UHGV virus genome: UHGV-0033085
Reading direction: 5' to 3' (one strand)
Length of the DNA: 64,000 nucleotides
From: a virus
The notes under the pieces are model-generated. The model saw nothing but the letters and a program-made list of their open reading frames with translations, did no database searches and was not told the origin of the DNA. Shown here in pieces: positions 17,125 to 26,543 of the stretch (position 1 is the stretch's first letter; the number at the start of each line of letters is the position of its first letter). The position numbers and the translations under genes are program-made.

Positions 17125-17391
17125 ATGACGTTAACCGATAAACAAAAGGACATCATCAAAACGCTCAATCTCGGTTATGAGCGAGGTCATCTACTTGATC
17201 TGGACGAATTGCTTGAAGTTTTGCCGTACAAGACAACCAAGCAAAGTATCCAGTTCTCAATTCGTGCTCTGATAAAAAAGGGGCTGGTGGAGAAAGGGCA
17301 TACGCGCCAACGCAGTGACAATCGCTATCACCGCCGAACTCTTGGGTTAACCACTTTAGGTCGAGCCAAAGCGAAGTTACTGGTGATGTAA
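17125..17391 (+). CDS. hypothetical protein, possible winged-helix
   Basis: ORF track. Confidence 0.45.
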   Translation: MTLTDKQKDIIKTLNLGYERGHLLDLDELLEVLPYKTTKQSIQFSIRALIKKGLVEKGHTRQRSDNRYHRRTLGLTTLGRAKAKLLVM

Positions 17392-17415
17392 TCGGTCTGG
17401 GAGCTTATTTAAAGA

Positions 17416-17470
17416 CCTGCTTCTGTATATATAAATAATAAGTAATTTATTAAATATATACGGAAGCAGG
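17416..17470. repeat. 55-bp AT-rich palindromic element, copy 1
   Basis: CCTGCTTCTGTATATAT...ATATATACGGAAGCAGG; 54 of 55 identical to 49613-49667. Confidence 0.7.
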
Positions 17471-17508
17471 CTTAATAAGACATGCCCAGACCTAATTAAA
17501 CACCCCAG

Positions 17509-17548
17509 AAAACAAGTTGGTTAGCAGATGCAGTAAACAAGTTGTTTT
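17509..17548 (+). promoter_or_regulatory. two adjacent operator-like palindromes AAAACAagtTGGTTA and TAAACAagtTGTTTT
   Basis: AAAACA-N3-TGTTTT family, 40-80 nt upstream of the small terminase gene. Confidence 0.45.
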
Positions 17549-17587
17549 AGAGCGCATGGACGCGCTCTGTGTGTTTTAGAGGGATCT

Positions 17588-18220
17588 ATGACGGTCGAAA
17601 AAGACGAGGTAAAAACTCGCCTGACACCAGCGGAGTGGGCCGAAGCTGAAGCCAAATGGACGTCAGGCGAATATACACTCTCAAAGCTGGAGGAAGAGTA
17701 CGGCATTCGTCGTGAAACACTCTCCAGACATTTCAAAAAGCGAGGATTAGAGAAAGGCGCGGACTCTGTTGGGAAGATGGTTCGTGAGTCTCTTAAATCT
17801 GACGCAGAGCTTCGCGCTAAAGCCCGTGCGGAAAAGATAGAAGAACGTCGTACACGTTATGACGGCTGGGCGTATGCGTTGGGGCAGATGGTGATGGTCG
17901 AAGTCACTACGGCCAAACGTGATGGTAAGCCTTTAGGGGCGATTGAGGATTCTCTCAAGAGCTTACAGAGAGCCAGTAATACCCTTGCAAAATGCTTTGA
18001 AGTTTCGTCCAAAGCATTGGGCATGGATCATGCGGAAAATGACGAGGAAGAAATTCCGAACCTGGTATTTGGTGAGCTTACGCCTTCCCAGGTGGCGAAA
18101 TTACGTCAGGAAGACGACGAGCCTGAAATCATCGATGACGAATTGCTTGAGACGTTGGAAGAAGAAGCTCTAAGCGAATTTGATGCGACAGATGATGGAA
18201 GTGAAGGGGAGGACGAATAA
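17588..18220 (+). CDS. terminase small subunit (putative)
   Basis: HTH-like N-terminus, acidic C-terminus, directly upstream of the large terminase. Confidence 0.6.
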   Translation: MTVEKDEVKTRLTPAEWAEAEAKWTSGEYTLSKLEEEYGIRRETLSRHFKKRGLEKGADSVGKMVRESLKSDAELRAKARAEKIEERRTRYDGWAYALGQMVMVEVTTAKRDGKPLGAIEDSLKSLQRASNTLAKCFEVSSKALGMDHAENDEEEIPNLVFGELTPSQVAKLRQEDDEPEIIDDELLETLEEEALSEFDATDDGSEGEDE

Positions 18221-19476
18221 TGGCAATCCCGTCCTCGCTCAGTCTTGTGCAACTGCATTCTGGACAGATGAAAGTCTTCCAGTCTCCGCATCGATTTAAA
18301 GTTGTTTGTGCTGGTCGACGCTGGGGAAAATCCCGGTTGTCGATCTCCACTATTATTCGTGCGGCGGCAAAGGAAAAAAAGCAAAGGGTCTGGTATGTCG
18401 CTCCTACTTACCAGATGGCTCGCCAGATTTTGTGGGACGATCTACAGGAAGTTCTGCCTCGTAAGTGGGTTAGGAAAAAGAACGACACCACGATGACAAT
18501 CGTGTTGAAGAACGGTTCGGAGATCGCCCTCAAAGGTGCTGATAAGCCTGACACTCTGCGCGGCGTAGCGTTGCATTTTGTAGTGCTTGATGAATTTCAG
18601 GATATGAAGGCTGACACCTGGTACAAGGTGTTACGACCTACTCTTTCATCGACACGCGGCGGTGCACTGATCATTGGTACGCCAAAAGGCTTCTCGGAAT
18701 TTCACAAACTGTGGACTATAGGCCAGAACGTAGAGCTGCAAAGAAAGGGACAGTGGAAGAGCTGGCAGTTTGTAACTGCCGATTCTCCGTTTGTGCCTAC
18801 GGCGGAAATTGAAGCTGCTAAGAACGATATGGACCCGAAATCGTTCGCTCAGGAGTACCTGGCGAGCTTTGAGAACATGTCCGGGCGCGTTTACTACCCG
18901 TTCGATCGTAACGTGCATGTAAAACCGCTTCAGTTCAACCCTCGGTTGCCTATATGGGTAGGGCAGGACTTCAACATTGACCCGATGTCTTCAGTAATTT
19001 TGCAACCTCAGCCAAATGGTGAGCTATGGGCAATTGATGAATTGGTGCTCTTTTCCTCTAACACGGCAGAGGTTTGTGATGAGCTTGAGAGACGCTTCTG
19101 GCGCTGGAAATCACAGATAACGGTATTTCCAGATCCGGCAGGTGCTTATCGCCAACATGCTCGCGGGGAGTCTGACGTCGACATTTTCAAAGAGAAGGGA
19201 TTCTTACGTGTCGATTATTCGAAAAAGCACCCGCCAATTGCGGATCGTGTTAATGCTGTTAACCGAATGCTGATGACCGCATCTGGAGATATCCGGTTGT
19301 ATATCGATCCGAAGTGCAAGCATTTGATTGATTCACTGGAAAAAGTCATCTACAAGCCTGGAACACGAGATATGGATAAGACAGGTGGCATTGAGCATAG
19401 TGCAGACGCATTGGGCTATCCAGTACATCGTAGGTATCCAGTCAAAAACCGTGTTATTCTTGGTGGTTCTCGATAG
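18220..19476 (+). CDS. terminase large subunit
   Basis: Walker A-like VVCAGRRWGKSR, Walker B VVLDEF; position before portal. Confidence 0.85.
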   Translation: MAIPSSLSLVQLHSGQMKVFQSPHRFKVVCAGRRWGKSRLSISTIIRAAAKEKKQRVWYVAPTYQMARQILWDDLQEVLPRKWVRKKNDTTMTIVLKNGSEIALKGADKPDTLRGVALHFVVLDEFQDMKADTWYKVLRPTLSSTRGGALIIGTPKGFSEFHKLWTIGQNVELQRKGQWKSWQFVTADSPFVPTAEIEAAKNDMDPKSFAQEYLASFENMSGRVYYPFDRNVHVKPLQFNPRLPIWVGQDFNIDPMSSVILQPQPNGELWAIDELVLFSSNTAEVCDELERRFWRWKSQITVFPDPAGAYRQHARGESDVDIFKEKGFLRVDYSKKHPPIADRVNAVNRMLMTASGDIRLYIDPKCKHLIDSLEKVIYKPGTRDMDKTGGIEHSADALGYPVHRRYPVKNRVILGGSR

Positions 19477-19494
19477 GTAGGTAATTATCTAAGG
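19472..19494 (+). promoter_or_regulatory. TAAGTA box (GATAGGTAGGTAATTATCTAAGG)
   Basis: Family member 9 nt upstream of portal ATG. Confidence 0.4.
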
Positions 19495-19502
19495 TTATTC
19501 AA

Positions 19503-21077
19503 ATGGAATTGAACGATAAACAAATTAAGGATCTGGTGGCGCGACGCCACCCGGAATACGAAAAGAAAAAAGAACATTGGGACTTCCTCGCCAGCACTTA
19601 TGCTGGCGGGCGTGGTTGGTTTACAGACAATATCTTTCGTTACTTTAAAGAGGGAGATCAGGAGTTTAAGGAGCGAGTTGAGCGTGCTTATCGTTTCAAC
19701 CACACTCGTGAGGTGGTAAACCTCATCAACAAATATCTCTTTAAAGAAGACATTCATAGAAATATCGAAGAGGCACCAGAGCAGATCCGCAATTTCTGGA
19801 AACGTGCGACTCGCCAGAATGCCTCTATTGACTCATTTATGGCCGCTATTGATTTGCAGTCGTCTATTTACGGTCGCATATGGGTTGTTGTCGATAGCAC
19901 GATGAGTGGTGATGTTGAGTCAGTAGCTGACGAGAAAAAGAAAGATGCTCGCGCCTACGCCTACTGGATTTCACCTCAGCAAATGCTGGATGTGGCATGG
20001 GACGACGACGGGAATATGTTGTGGGCGTTAATTGTGGAAGTCGCTCGTGATGACGCAGATCCTTTTACTTCTACAGGTCAGGAATACCAACGTTATCGTC
20101 TGTGGACACAAAACGAGTGGTATCTGTTCCGTGAGGAAGTGAAGAAGGGCGCTGGTGGAGCAGGTCGCCGTCAGGCAAAAGTTATTTTAGAGGATAGCGG
20201 TGAGCATAATCTCGGCGTAGTTCCTGTGTTTCCTGTTGATTGTATTGGAGAAAGTGAATCACCGTATTTCAGCCCATCGTTGATCGATGATATCGCTTAT
20301 CTTGATCGTGCGGTTGCAAACTATCTGTCAAACCTTGATGCCATTATTCAGGATCAGACATTTAGCCAGTTGGCTATACCGGTACAGTCGCTTTTACCTG
20401 GTGATGAAAACCACACTAAAGTGCTTGAAATGGGCACAAAGCGAGTCTTCACCTACGATTCTGAAGGTGGAAACCAGCCGTTTTATCTGTCACCAGACCC
20501 GAAACAAGCTCAGATGATCATCACTACAATTAAGACGGTGATTAACGAAATCTACCATTCAGTTGGTGTAGCTGGTGAGCGAACGAAGCAGGACAACGCA
20601 CAGGGAATCGATAATTCATCTGGTGCCGCAAAAATGTATGACTTCCAGCGTGTAAATAGCTTGCTTGTCACAAAAGCAGAGCGTCTGGAAAGGGCTGAAC
20701 GCCAAATCATGCTACTGGTTGCGAAATGGATGGGGGTAGATCTGGACGAAGACCACTCTTTAATTGCGTATCCAGAAAGTTTCGATATTCGTGGCCTTAC
20801 TGATGAATTTTCTGTTGCCGAGAAACTGTCATTACTTCAGGCACCGGACTCTGTACGTCGTCACCAGATGGAAATGCTTATTGAGAAGATTTTCCCGAAC
20901 ATTACTGAGGCGATGAAAAAGGAATTTGATAAAGATCTCTTGAATTTTCCTCCAAAAAATGATCTAAATACCCTTGAAAATAAGTCAGTACTTACTTATG
21001 ATCGTGGTGCAGCCCAAGAAAGCGGGCAAGATCAACCCCGAGGGAATGGGGACTCATCTACTCAAGAGAACGAGTGA
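19503..21077 (+). CDS. portal protein
   Basis: 524-aa ORF between terminase and scaffold. Confidence 0.8.
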   Translation: MELNDKQIKDLVARRHPEYEKKKEHWDFLASTYAGGRGWFTDNIFRYFKEGDQEFKERVERAYRFNHTREVVNLINKYLFKEDIHRNIEEAPEQIRNFWKRATRQNASIDSFMAAIDLQSSIYGRIWVVVDSTMSGDVESVADEKKKDARAYAYWISPQQMLDVAWDDDGNMLWALIVEVARDDADPFTSTGQEYQRYRLWTQNEWYLFREEVKKGAGGAGRRQAKVILEDSGEHNLGVVPVFPVDCIGESESPYFSPSLIDDIAYLDRAVANYLSNLDAIIQDQTFSQLAIPVQSLLPGDENHTKVLEMGTKRVFTYDSEGGNQPFYLSPDPKQAQMIITTIKTVINEIYHSVGVAGERTKQDNAQGIDNSSGAAKMYDFQRVNSLLVTKAERLERAERQIMLLVAKWMGVDLDEDHSLIAYPESFDIRGLTDEFSVAEKLSLLQAPDSVRRHQMEMLIEKIFPNITEAMKKEFDKDLLNFPPKNDLNTLENKSVLTYDRGAAQESGQDQPRGNGDSSTQENE

Positions 21078-21087
21078 TAAGTAACAA
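21076..21087 (+). promoter_or_regulatory. TAAGTA box (GATAAGTAACAA)
   Basis: Family member 12 nt upstream of ATG 21099. Confidence 0.35.
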
Positions 21088-21098
21088 AAGGAATTTTT

Positions 21099-21986
21099 AT
21101 GAATCTGTGGCAAATGCTTTTGGCCCGTCGTGGTCTGATGGATGTCGCTGAAGCGCATGAGCGTGGAGGCGCTGGCGGTGTAGCTGCTGATGATGAGCAG
21201 AGTACACAAGATCCTGACAAACAGGGTGAACAAAAAGAGCAGCCGAAGGGCGATGACGAATACGCTGGCATGACTCAGGAAGAGTTACTGGCCGAACTTC
21301 GTAAAACCAAGAAAGCTGGTGCTGAACTGCTGAAGGAGAACATGAAGCGCAAAGAGAAAGAGCGCACATTGGCCGATCAGCTTGCTCAGTACGGTGAAAT
21401 CGACCCGGCGCGTGCTCGCCAGCTTTTAGAAGCTGAACAGGCCGCAGAAAACGCACGTCGTGAGGCGGAGCAAGCTGAACTGGAGCGTCGTGGTGAGTTC
21501 GATGCTGTTAAAAAACAGATGATCGAAGCACACCAGGCAGAGCTGGCACAGCGTGACGAACGTTATGCAGCACTGGAAAGTGAAAACGCATCACTGAAAT
21601 CTCAATTAGTCGAGATGACCGTGGGCGCTTCCTTCAGTAACTCTCTCTTCCTACGTGACAAAGTTCTGATGACTCCGGCAAAAGCCCGCGTGATCTACGG
21701 TTCTCATTTTGAAGTGGGTGAAGACGGTAGCGTAGTGGGTTATGACAAACCGGCAGGTCATAAAGAACGAGCTGTTCTGGTTGACGGTGAAGGTAAGCCG
21801 TTGCCGTTTGAATCCGCGATTGAACGCATTGTGCGGGCAGATCCGGAAGCTGACGCATTGATGCGTAGCGAAGCCAAGCAGGGTGTAGGCTCACATTCCA
21901 AATCGACCTACACAATATCCCGACCGAAGAACAAGTCGACTATGGATAAGTTGGCCTCCGGTCTGGGGAAAATTGGACTTAAGTAA
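21099..21986 (+). CDS. head scaffolding protein
   Basis: Charged coiled-coil-like protein between portal and capsid. Confidence 0.6.
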   Translation: MNLWQMLLARRGLMDVAEAHERGGAGGVAADDEQSTQDPDKQGEQKEQPKGDDEYAGMTQEELLAELRKTKKAGAELLKENMKRKEKERTLADQLAQYGEIDPARARQLLEAEQAAENARREAEQAELERRGEFDAVKKQMIEAHQAELAQRDERYAALESENASLKSQLVEMTVGASFSNSLFLRDKVLMTPAKARVIYGSHFEVGEDGSVVGYDKPAGHKERAVLVDGEGKPLPFESAIERIVRADPEADALMRSEAKQGVGSHSKSTYTISRPKNKSTMDKLASGLGKIGLK

Positions 21987-22011
21987 CATCTAAATCAAAG
22001 GGAATTGATAG

Positions 22012-22890
22012 ATGCCATTACTGCGTGAAGAAGCTGAAAAGCTGTCTAACAACGAACTCGAACAGGGTGTGATCGAAACCATCATTGATCGCGATGACCT
22101 GTTTGCCATCCTGCCTTTCATGAAGATCAATTCGAAGGCATATCTTTATAACCGCGAAAAAACCCTGAGCGAAGCTACTTTCATTGATGTGAACGACACC
22201 ATCACCGAAGGTGCAGCAACCTTCGAAGAGAAAGTTGCGAAGCTGCGCATTCTGGCTGGCGACGTTGACGTCGACAAATTCCTGGCTACCACTATGGCTG
22301 ATACCAACAACCAGCTGGCTATCCAGGTTCGTCAGAAAGTCAAAGGTCTGGCTCGTGCCTTCCGTCGCAATCTGATTGTTGGCGACTCCACCACTAACAA
22401 CAAAGCCTTCGACGGTATTCCGAAGCTGATGCATGACGATCAGAAGATCGACATCTCCGGCGCATCCATGACTTTCTCTATGTTCGACGAACTGGTCGAC
22501 GCAGTTAAAGATCTGGGCGCAGACTGCATCATGATGCGTTCTGAGCATCTTCGCGCATATCGTGCGCTGCTGCGAACTGTAAACGTAGGCCCGTCCGAAA
22601 TCATGATGGAAAACTTCGGTCGACCAATGCTGTGCCATAACGGCGTTCCGTTTATCGTAAACGACTTCATTCCGGTTGCGGACTCCACCAAAGCGGATAT
22701 CTACTGTCTGCACCTTTCTGAAGAAAACGGTGTAACTGGTCTGTACGGCGGCGAAAACGCCGGTATCGTTGTGGAAAACATCGGCACTGTTCAGAACAAA
22801 GACGCAGTACGTACTCGTGTGAAGTGGTACTGCTCTCTGGCCAATAAGCACGATAAGGCTATCGCTGCACTGACCAATGTAAAAATTTAA
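22012..22890 (+). CDS. major capsid protein
   Basis: 292-aa ORF after scaffold; strong GGAA RBS. Confidence 0.75.
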   Translation: MPLLREEAEKLSNNELEQGVIETIIDRDDLFAILPFMKINSKAYLYNREKTLSEATFIDVNDTITEGAATFEEKVAKLRILAGDVDVDKFLATTMADTNNQLAIQVRQKVKGLARAFRRNLIVGDSTTNNKAFDGIPKLMHDDQKIDISGASMTFSMFDELVDAVKDLGADCIMMRSEHLRAYRALLRTVNVGPSEIMMENFGRPMLCHNGVPFIVNDFIPVADSTKADIYCLHLSEENGVTGLYGGENAGIVVENIGTVQNKDAVRTRVKWYCSLANKHDKAIAALTNVKI

Positions 22891-22899
22891 TCAGTGCAG

Positions 22900-22917
22900 T
22901 AGATAAGTAATTATCTA
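22900..22917. promoter_or_regulatory. TAAGTA box, palindrome TAGATAAGTAATTATCTA
   Basis: Near-perfect 18-bp palindrome right after the capsid stop. Confidence 0.4.
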
Positions 22918-22924
22918 TGTTAAA

Positions 22925-22951
22925 GGGTGGGCTATACGCCCACCCTTTTTG
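22925..22951 (+). terminator. intrinsic terminator after capsid gene
   Basis: GGGTGGGC-tatac-GCCCACCC plus T5. Confidence 0.65.
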
Positions 22952-22963
22952 TAGGAGCGAGAA

Positions 22964-23884
22964 ATGCCAGAACAAAAGATGAAGATTACGGAAGAGGCAT
23001 TTTCGGATTTTACGGGGCATATGTGCCGTGCCGGATTTACCAATTCTATCTCCGATGAACCTTTAACCGAGCGACAACAAAGTCAGCTATCTGCTTGTTT
23101 GCAGGCGGTTCCCTTCTCCCAATCCGTAAACATAACCCCGGCTTCACCGTCAGTTTTGGTTGGGAAAACTGTTCAACTTAGTGCAGGTATTACTATGGGT
23201 AAGAGTGCCAGTTCATTCACCTGGAAGTCAGCCAATGATCAAATTGCAACCGTCAACGGCACTGGATTAGTAACTGGCGTAGCACCAGGCAAAGTGGAAA
23301 TTACCGCAACTGATCAGGAAACCCAGCTTTCCGCATCAGTGGAAGTCACCGTAAATCCGGTAGCCGTTCAATCCGTAACGGTAACGCCAGACTCAACCTC
23401 TGTTGAGAAAGGGAAATCAGTCAGTCTGAAAGCGAATGTTCAGCCGTCAAATGCGACGAATAAGGCAGTTACCTGGTCTTCCAAAAATGAAGACAAGGCA
23501 ACGGTAGACCAGAGCGGGAACGTTACTGGTGTAGAAGTTGGCACTGCGACGATTGAGATCGTTTCCCAAGATGGCAGCAAAAAGGCAACTGCAACGGTGG
23601 AAGTAACTGCGCCTGTTGTGGCTGTTACCGGCGTCGAAATCGACCCAAATAGCACAACCGTTGAGGCAAACAAAACTGTTCAGCTGACCGCAAATGTCGA
23701 GCCGGCAGGAGCCACAAATAAAACCGTTACTTGGGAATCCAAAAATACCGAGTTTGCAACGGTTGACAGCGAAACCGGTGTTGTAACTGGTGTTGCGGCT
23801 GGTACTGCCACAATCGAGGTTACTACCCAAGATGGTAGCCACAAAGCGACAGCAACTGTAGAAGTAACTGCCGCACAGGAATAA
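22964..23884 (+). CDS. Ig-like (Big_2-type) domain protein, likely head decoration
   Basis: Three tandem Ig-like repeats of about 85 aa. Confidence 0.65.
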   Translation: MPEQKMKITEEAFSDFTGHMCRAGFTNSISDEPLTERQQSQLSACLQAVPFSQSVNITPASPSVLVGKTVQLSAGITMGKSASSFTWKSANDQIATVNGTGLVTGVAPGKVEITATDQETQLSASVEVTVNPVAVQSVTVTPDSTSVEKGKSVSLKANVQPSNATNKAVTWSSKNEDKATVDQSGNVTGVEVGTATIEIVSQDGSKKATATVEVTAPVVAVTGVEIDPNSTTVEANKTVQLTANVEPAGATNKTVTWESKNTEFATVDSETGVVTGVAAGTATIEVTTQDGSHKATATVEVTAAQE

Positions 23885-23928
23885 CCGATATTGGGCGGCT
23901 TTCGCCGCCCAAGTGGAGAGAAAGCGTT

Positions 23929-24363
23929 ATGAAACCAGCAAAAATTGTTTTATTAGAACCGCAATTTTCCGGTTATTCGGGAATGTTGTGCGGCGTTCAG
24001 TTCGAGAACGGGGTGTCCGTAGCGGAGTTGCCTTTTATCGATCAGCAAAGGATTTGTGCCTCAATGCGAGCATCAACAGTCGAGGGCAAAAATGTTTCTC
24101 CGTCTGCCGCATACAGTGATCGTGGCGAGTTGACCGCAGACCTGATTACCGAGCCAGCAGCACCTAACATTGTACCAATGAAACGTGGGACACCAGATGA
24201 ACCGGCCAAACAGATCCAGACTTTCACACGAGAAGAGCTGGAGTCAATTGCAGACAACGAAGGTATTGCCGGTCTACGAGTTATTGGTAATCAGGTTGGT
24301 GTCAAAGCGAAAGGAATTGTCGAAATGATTGACGGCATCCTGAAAGCACAAGGCGGTGAGTAA
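23929..24363 (+). CDS. hypothetical head/neck protein
   Basis: ORF with RBS; synteny. Confidence 0.45.
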   Translation: MKPAKIVLLEPQFSGYSGMLCGVQFENGVSVAELPFIDQQRICASMRASTVEGKNVSPSAAYSDRGELTADLITEPAAPNIVPMKRGTPDEPAKQIQTFTREELESIADNEGIAGLRVIGNQVGVKAKGIVEMIDGILKAQGGE

Positions 24364-25196
24364 TGGCGCAGATCGACTCGTATCGTAGCGGTGAAGCTGT
24401 TTCCCTTTCATTTGCCTTCAACGTGCTGGATATCGAATCTGCTACCTACACAGTAAAGGACAGCACCGGGGCTATTCTCGTTGATGGCGAGCCGCTAGAA
24501 ATTACCAGCGGTCAAATGTCGATTCCGGTTGTCGTGTCGGCTGAATATAACCAGCTCTCTGAGAAAGAACGCGATCTGCGGTACGTCATTGTGAAGGCTG
24601 TTGCATCGGGTCTGACGCATGAAGAGCGGCAAATGTATGTTCTGCTGAATAGTTTTGAACTGTCGATACCAGAACAGTCGTTTGCAACTGTCGCTGATGC
24701 TCAAATGCAGGCGATCGATATGCTGAATGGGGACACTTTGCTGTCGGATGGTGAAGGCTTAATGCGCAAGCGTCTCATTGAGGCTACCAGACGAATTAAA
24801 ACTTTACCGTTCTCAATCCGCAAAATTCTACGTATCGACTTTGACCGATACGATCGCCCTCAAAATATGCTGAATGTGTATGACATTCCGTGGGGAGCAG
24901 ATGGAGCGTACCGGCATGATTTAGTCGATTGGGAAAAGATGACGCAGGAGAAGTTTGAAGAGTTCCCTGACTACTTCAAAGAAGCGTTGATGCTTGCCGT
25001 TGTCAACGAAGCGTGTGAGATCGCAAATGGCAATGATGTAGCCGCAGCACGAGAGGATGGCATTTTGTCAGAGTCCATCGGTGAAACAACCAACATGTAC
25101 CGTACCGGTAAAGCTGCAAACGTGCATGTGGCTCGTAGTACCTGGCGCTTGCTGGTCAGTTACATCAACAACCGTATGATTGTTCGCCGTGCGTAA
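24363..25196 (+). CDS. hypothetical head-tail joining protein
   Basis: ORF; start overlaps upstream stop. Confidence 0.45.
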   Translation: MAQIDSYRSGEAVSLSFAFNVLDIESATYTVKDSTGAILVDGEPLEITSGQMSIPVVVSAEYNQLSEKERDLRYVIVKAVASGLTHEERQMYVLLNSFELSIPEQSFATVADAQMQAIDMLNGDTLLSDGEGLMRKRLIEATRRIKTLPFSIRKILRIDFDRYDRPQNMLNVYDIPWGADGAYRHDLVDWEKMTQEKFEEFPDYFKEALMLAVVNEACEIANGNDVAAAREDGILSESIGETTNMYRTGKAANVHVARSTWRLLVSYINNRMIVRRA

Positions 25197-25275
25197 CGCC
25201 AGTCGCATTATTTACTTTTGGTCTAAAGGGTTTTTGGCCAGTAATGAGAGCGACCGACAACAACAGGGAGAGAGC

Positions 25276-25620
25276 ATGAATATTTCATGGCAAACAGAAA
25301 TTGCGATCTACCGCTTTGGCGCAAAGAATGTTTACGGCGAGGCGCAATTGCAATTCGTCAGGAAGACGAATGTCGGCGTGGTTAAGTTCGAACAGAGTAA
25401 TGAGAAATCGTCAGTTCGTGCTGATAGCTCTGGTAGTCGTGGTAAGGCGAGCCTGGAACTGTTTGATGCTGTGTTAGTTGTCCCTTTGGAAGCGGCTGTA
25501 CAACTTGATGATGTACTGATCCTTGAAGGTCAAAAATTAAAGGTGTCCAGTGTTCATCGCCGCTGGGGGCTACGAGGAAGACCAGGGCATCTTGAAGTGG
25601 GGGCGAATATATGGGTCTGA
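25276..25620 (+). CDS. hypothetical head-tail connector protein
   Basis: ORF track 25180..25620; internal ATG 25276 has a GGGAGAG RBS. Confidence 0.45.
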   Translation: MNISWQTEIAIYRFGAKNVYGEAQLQFVRKTNVGVVKFEQSNEKSSVRADSSGSRGKASLELFDAVLVVPLEAAVQLDDVLILEGQKLKVSSVHRRWGLRGRPGHLEVGANIWV

Positions 25621-26084
25621 AATACGATGCGCATCAGTTCAAACGTGCGGGGAATAGACTCAACAACAGCCAGAAAGCATTTAAGCGATATCTTATTCGG
25701 GACATGGAAAAGCTGGCGCGTTTGGTTGAGCGCCTCAGCCGTGCAATGGCCCCGCTGGAAACCGGATCTCTGGAGACAGCCATCTTTGCCAGGGTGATTA
25801 AAGAAGGTTATTCAGGGCTGCGCATTGAGCTTTCTGTGTCTGGAGCAAAACCACGTCAGGGGCATCCGGGCGTAGAAGTAGGTGACTATGCTAAGTACAT
25901 GGAGCTGGGTAAATACCGACTCGGTTATCTTTCTCGAATGAAGAACGTGACAAACCCACCAATTGCCGGTGTTAAACCTCGTGTTGGGCCGCACTTTCTG
26001 GAAAGAGCGGTGGAAATTAGCGAGAAGCAGTTCTCAGAAGCGATTCTTGAGGCTGCAAGAAAAGCCGGTTTTACGAGAGGTTAA
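25611..26084 (+). CDS. hypothetical tail completion protein
   Basis: ORF; overlapping start. Confidence 0.5.
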   Translation: MGLKYDAHQFKRAGNRLNNSQKAFKRYLIRDMEKLARLVERLSRAMAPLETGSLETAIFARVIKEGYSGLRIELSVSGAKPRQGHPGVEVGDYAKYMELGKYRLGYLSRMKNVTNPPIAGVKPRVGPHFLERAVEISEKQFSEAILEAARKAGFTRG

Positions 26085-26085
26085 T

Positions 26086-26469
26086 GTGTTTATTGAAGCG
26101 TTTGCAAGTTTGATGCAGAAGGCAAAGATTGGCACGGTCGGGACTGACATTTTCTGTCACTACTTGCCTGCCAATGTGAAATCTGGCGTCCTGCTTATTA
26201 ACCCAAATACCGGTATCAGCATCGATCATGAGCTACAGGGCTTTTACCACGAATCATTCACAATAATTGTGCGTGGTTCGTCAATTACTACGACGGTTGA
26301 GAAAGCCAATAAAATCATTGAGATGTTTCCAGTAGAGGAAACGGAATCTGGTGGTGTTTATTTTCGACTGGTACGACCGATTGCGATGCCAATCATTTAT
26401 CCCAAAAATGATGGAGCATTAATAGAAGCAGGCATTCCTGTTGAATTTGCTGGCTATTTATTGAATTAA
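26086..26469 (+). CDS. hypothetical tail terminator-like protein
   Basis: ORF track 25963..26469; GTG 26086 follows GAGAGG and the upstream stop. Confidence 0.45.
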   Translation: MFIEAFASLMQKAKIGTVGTDIFCHYLPANVKSGVLLINPNTGISIDHELQGFYHESFTIIVRGSSITTTVEKANKIIEMFPVEETESGGVYFRLVRPIAMPIIYPKNDGALIEAGIPVEFAGYLLN

Positions 26470-26476
26470 GTTAATT

Positions 26477-26494
26477 GGTAAGTATATACTTACT
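26477..26494. promoter_or_regulatory. TAAGTA box, palindrome GGTAAGTATATACTTACT
   Basis: Palindrome 50 nt upstream of the major tail gene. Confidence 0.4.
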
Positions 26495-26543
26495 ATTAGC
26501 GCAATGAATGCGTAGAATTAACGGAAAAAGGAGTTTTCCATCA

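Noticed and set aside
22018-22851. 277-aa antisense ORF opposite the major capsid gene
   Set aside because: Fully contained in the capsid gene on the other strand; no RBS; reads antisense to the synteny-supported capsid frame.
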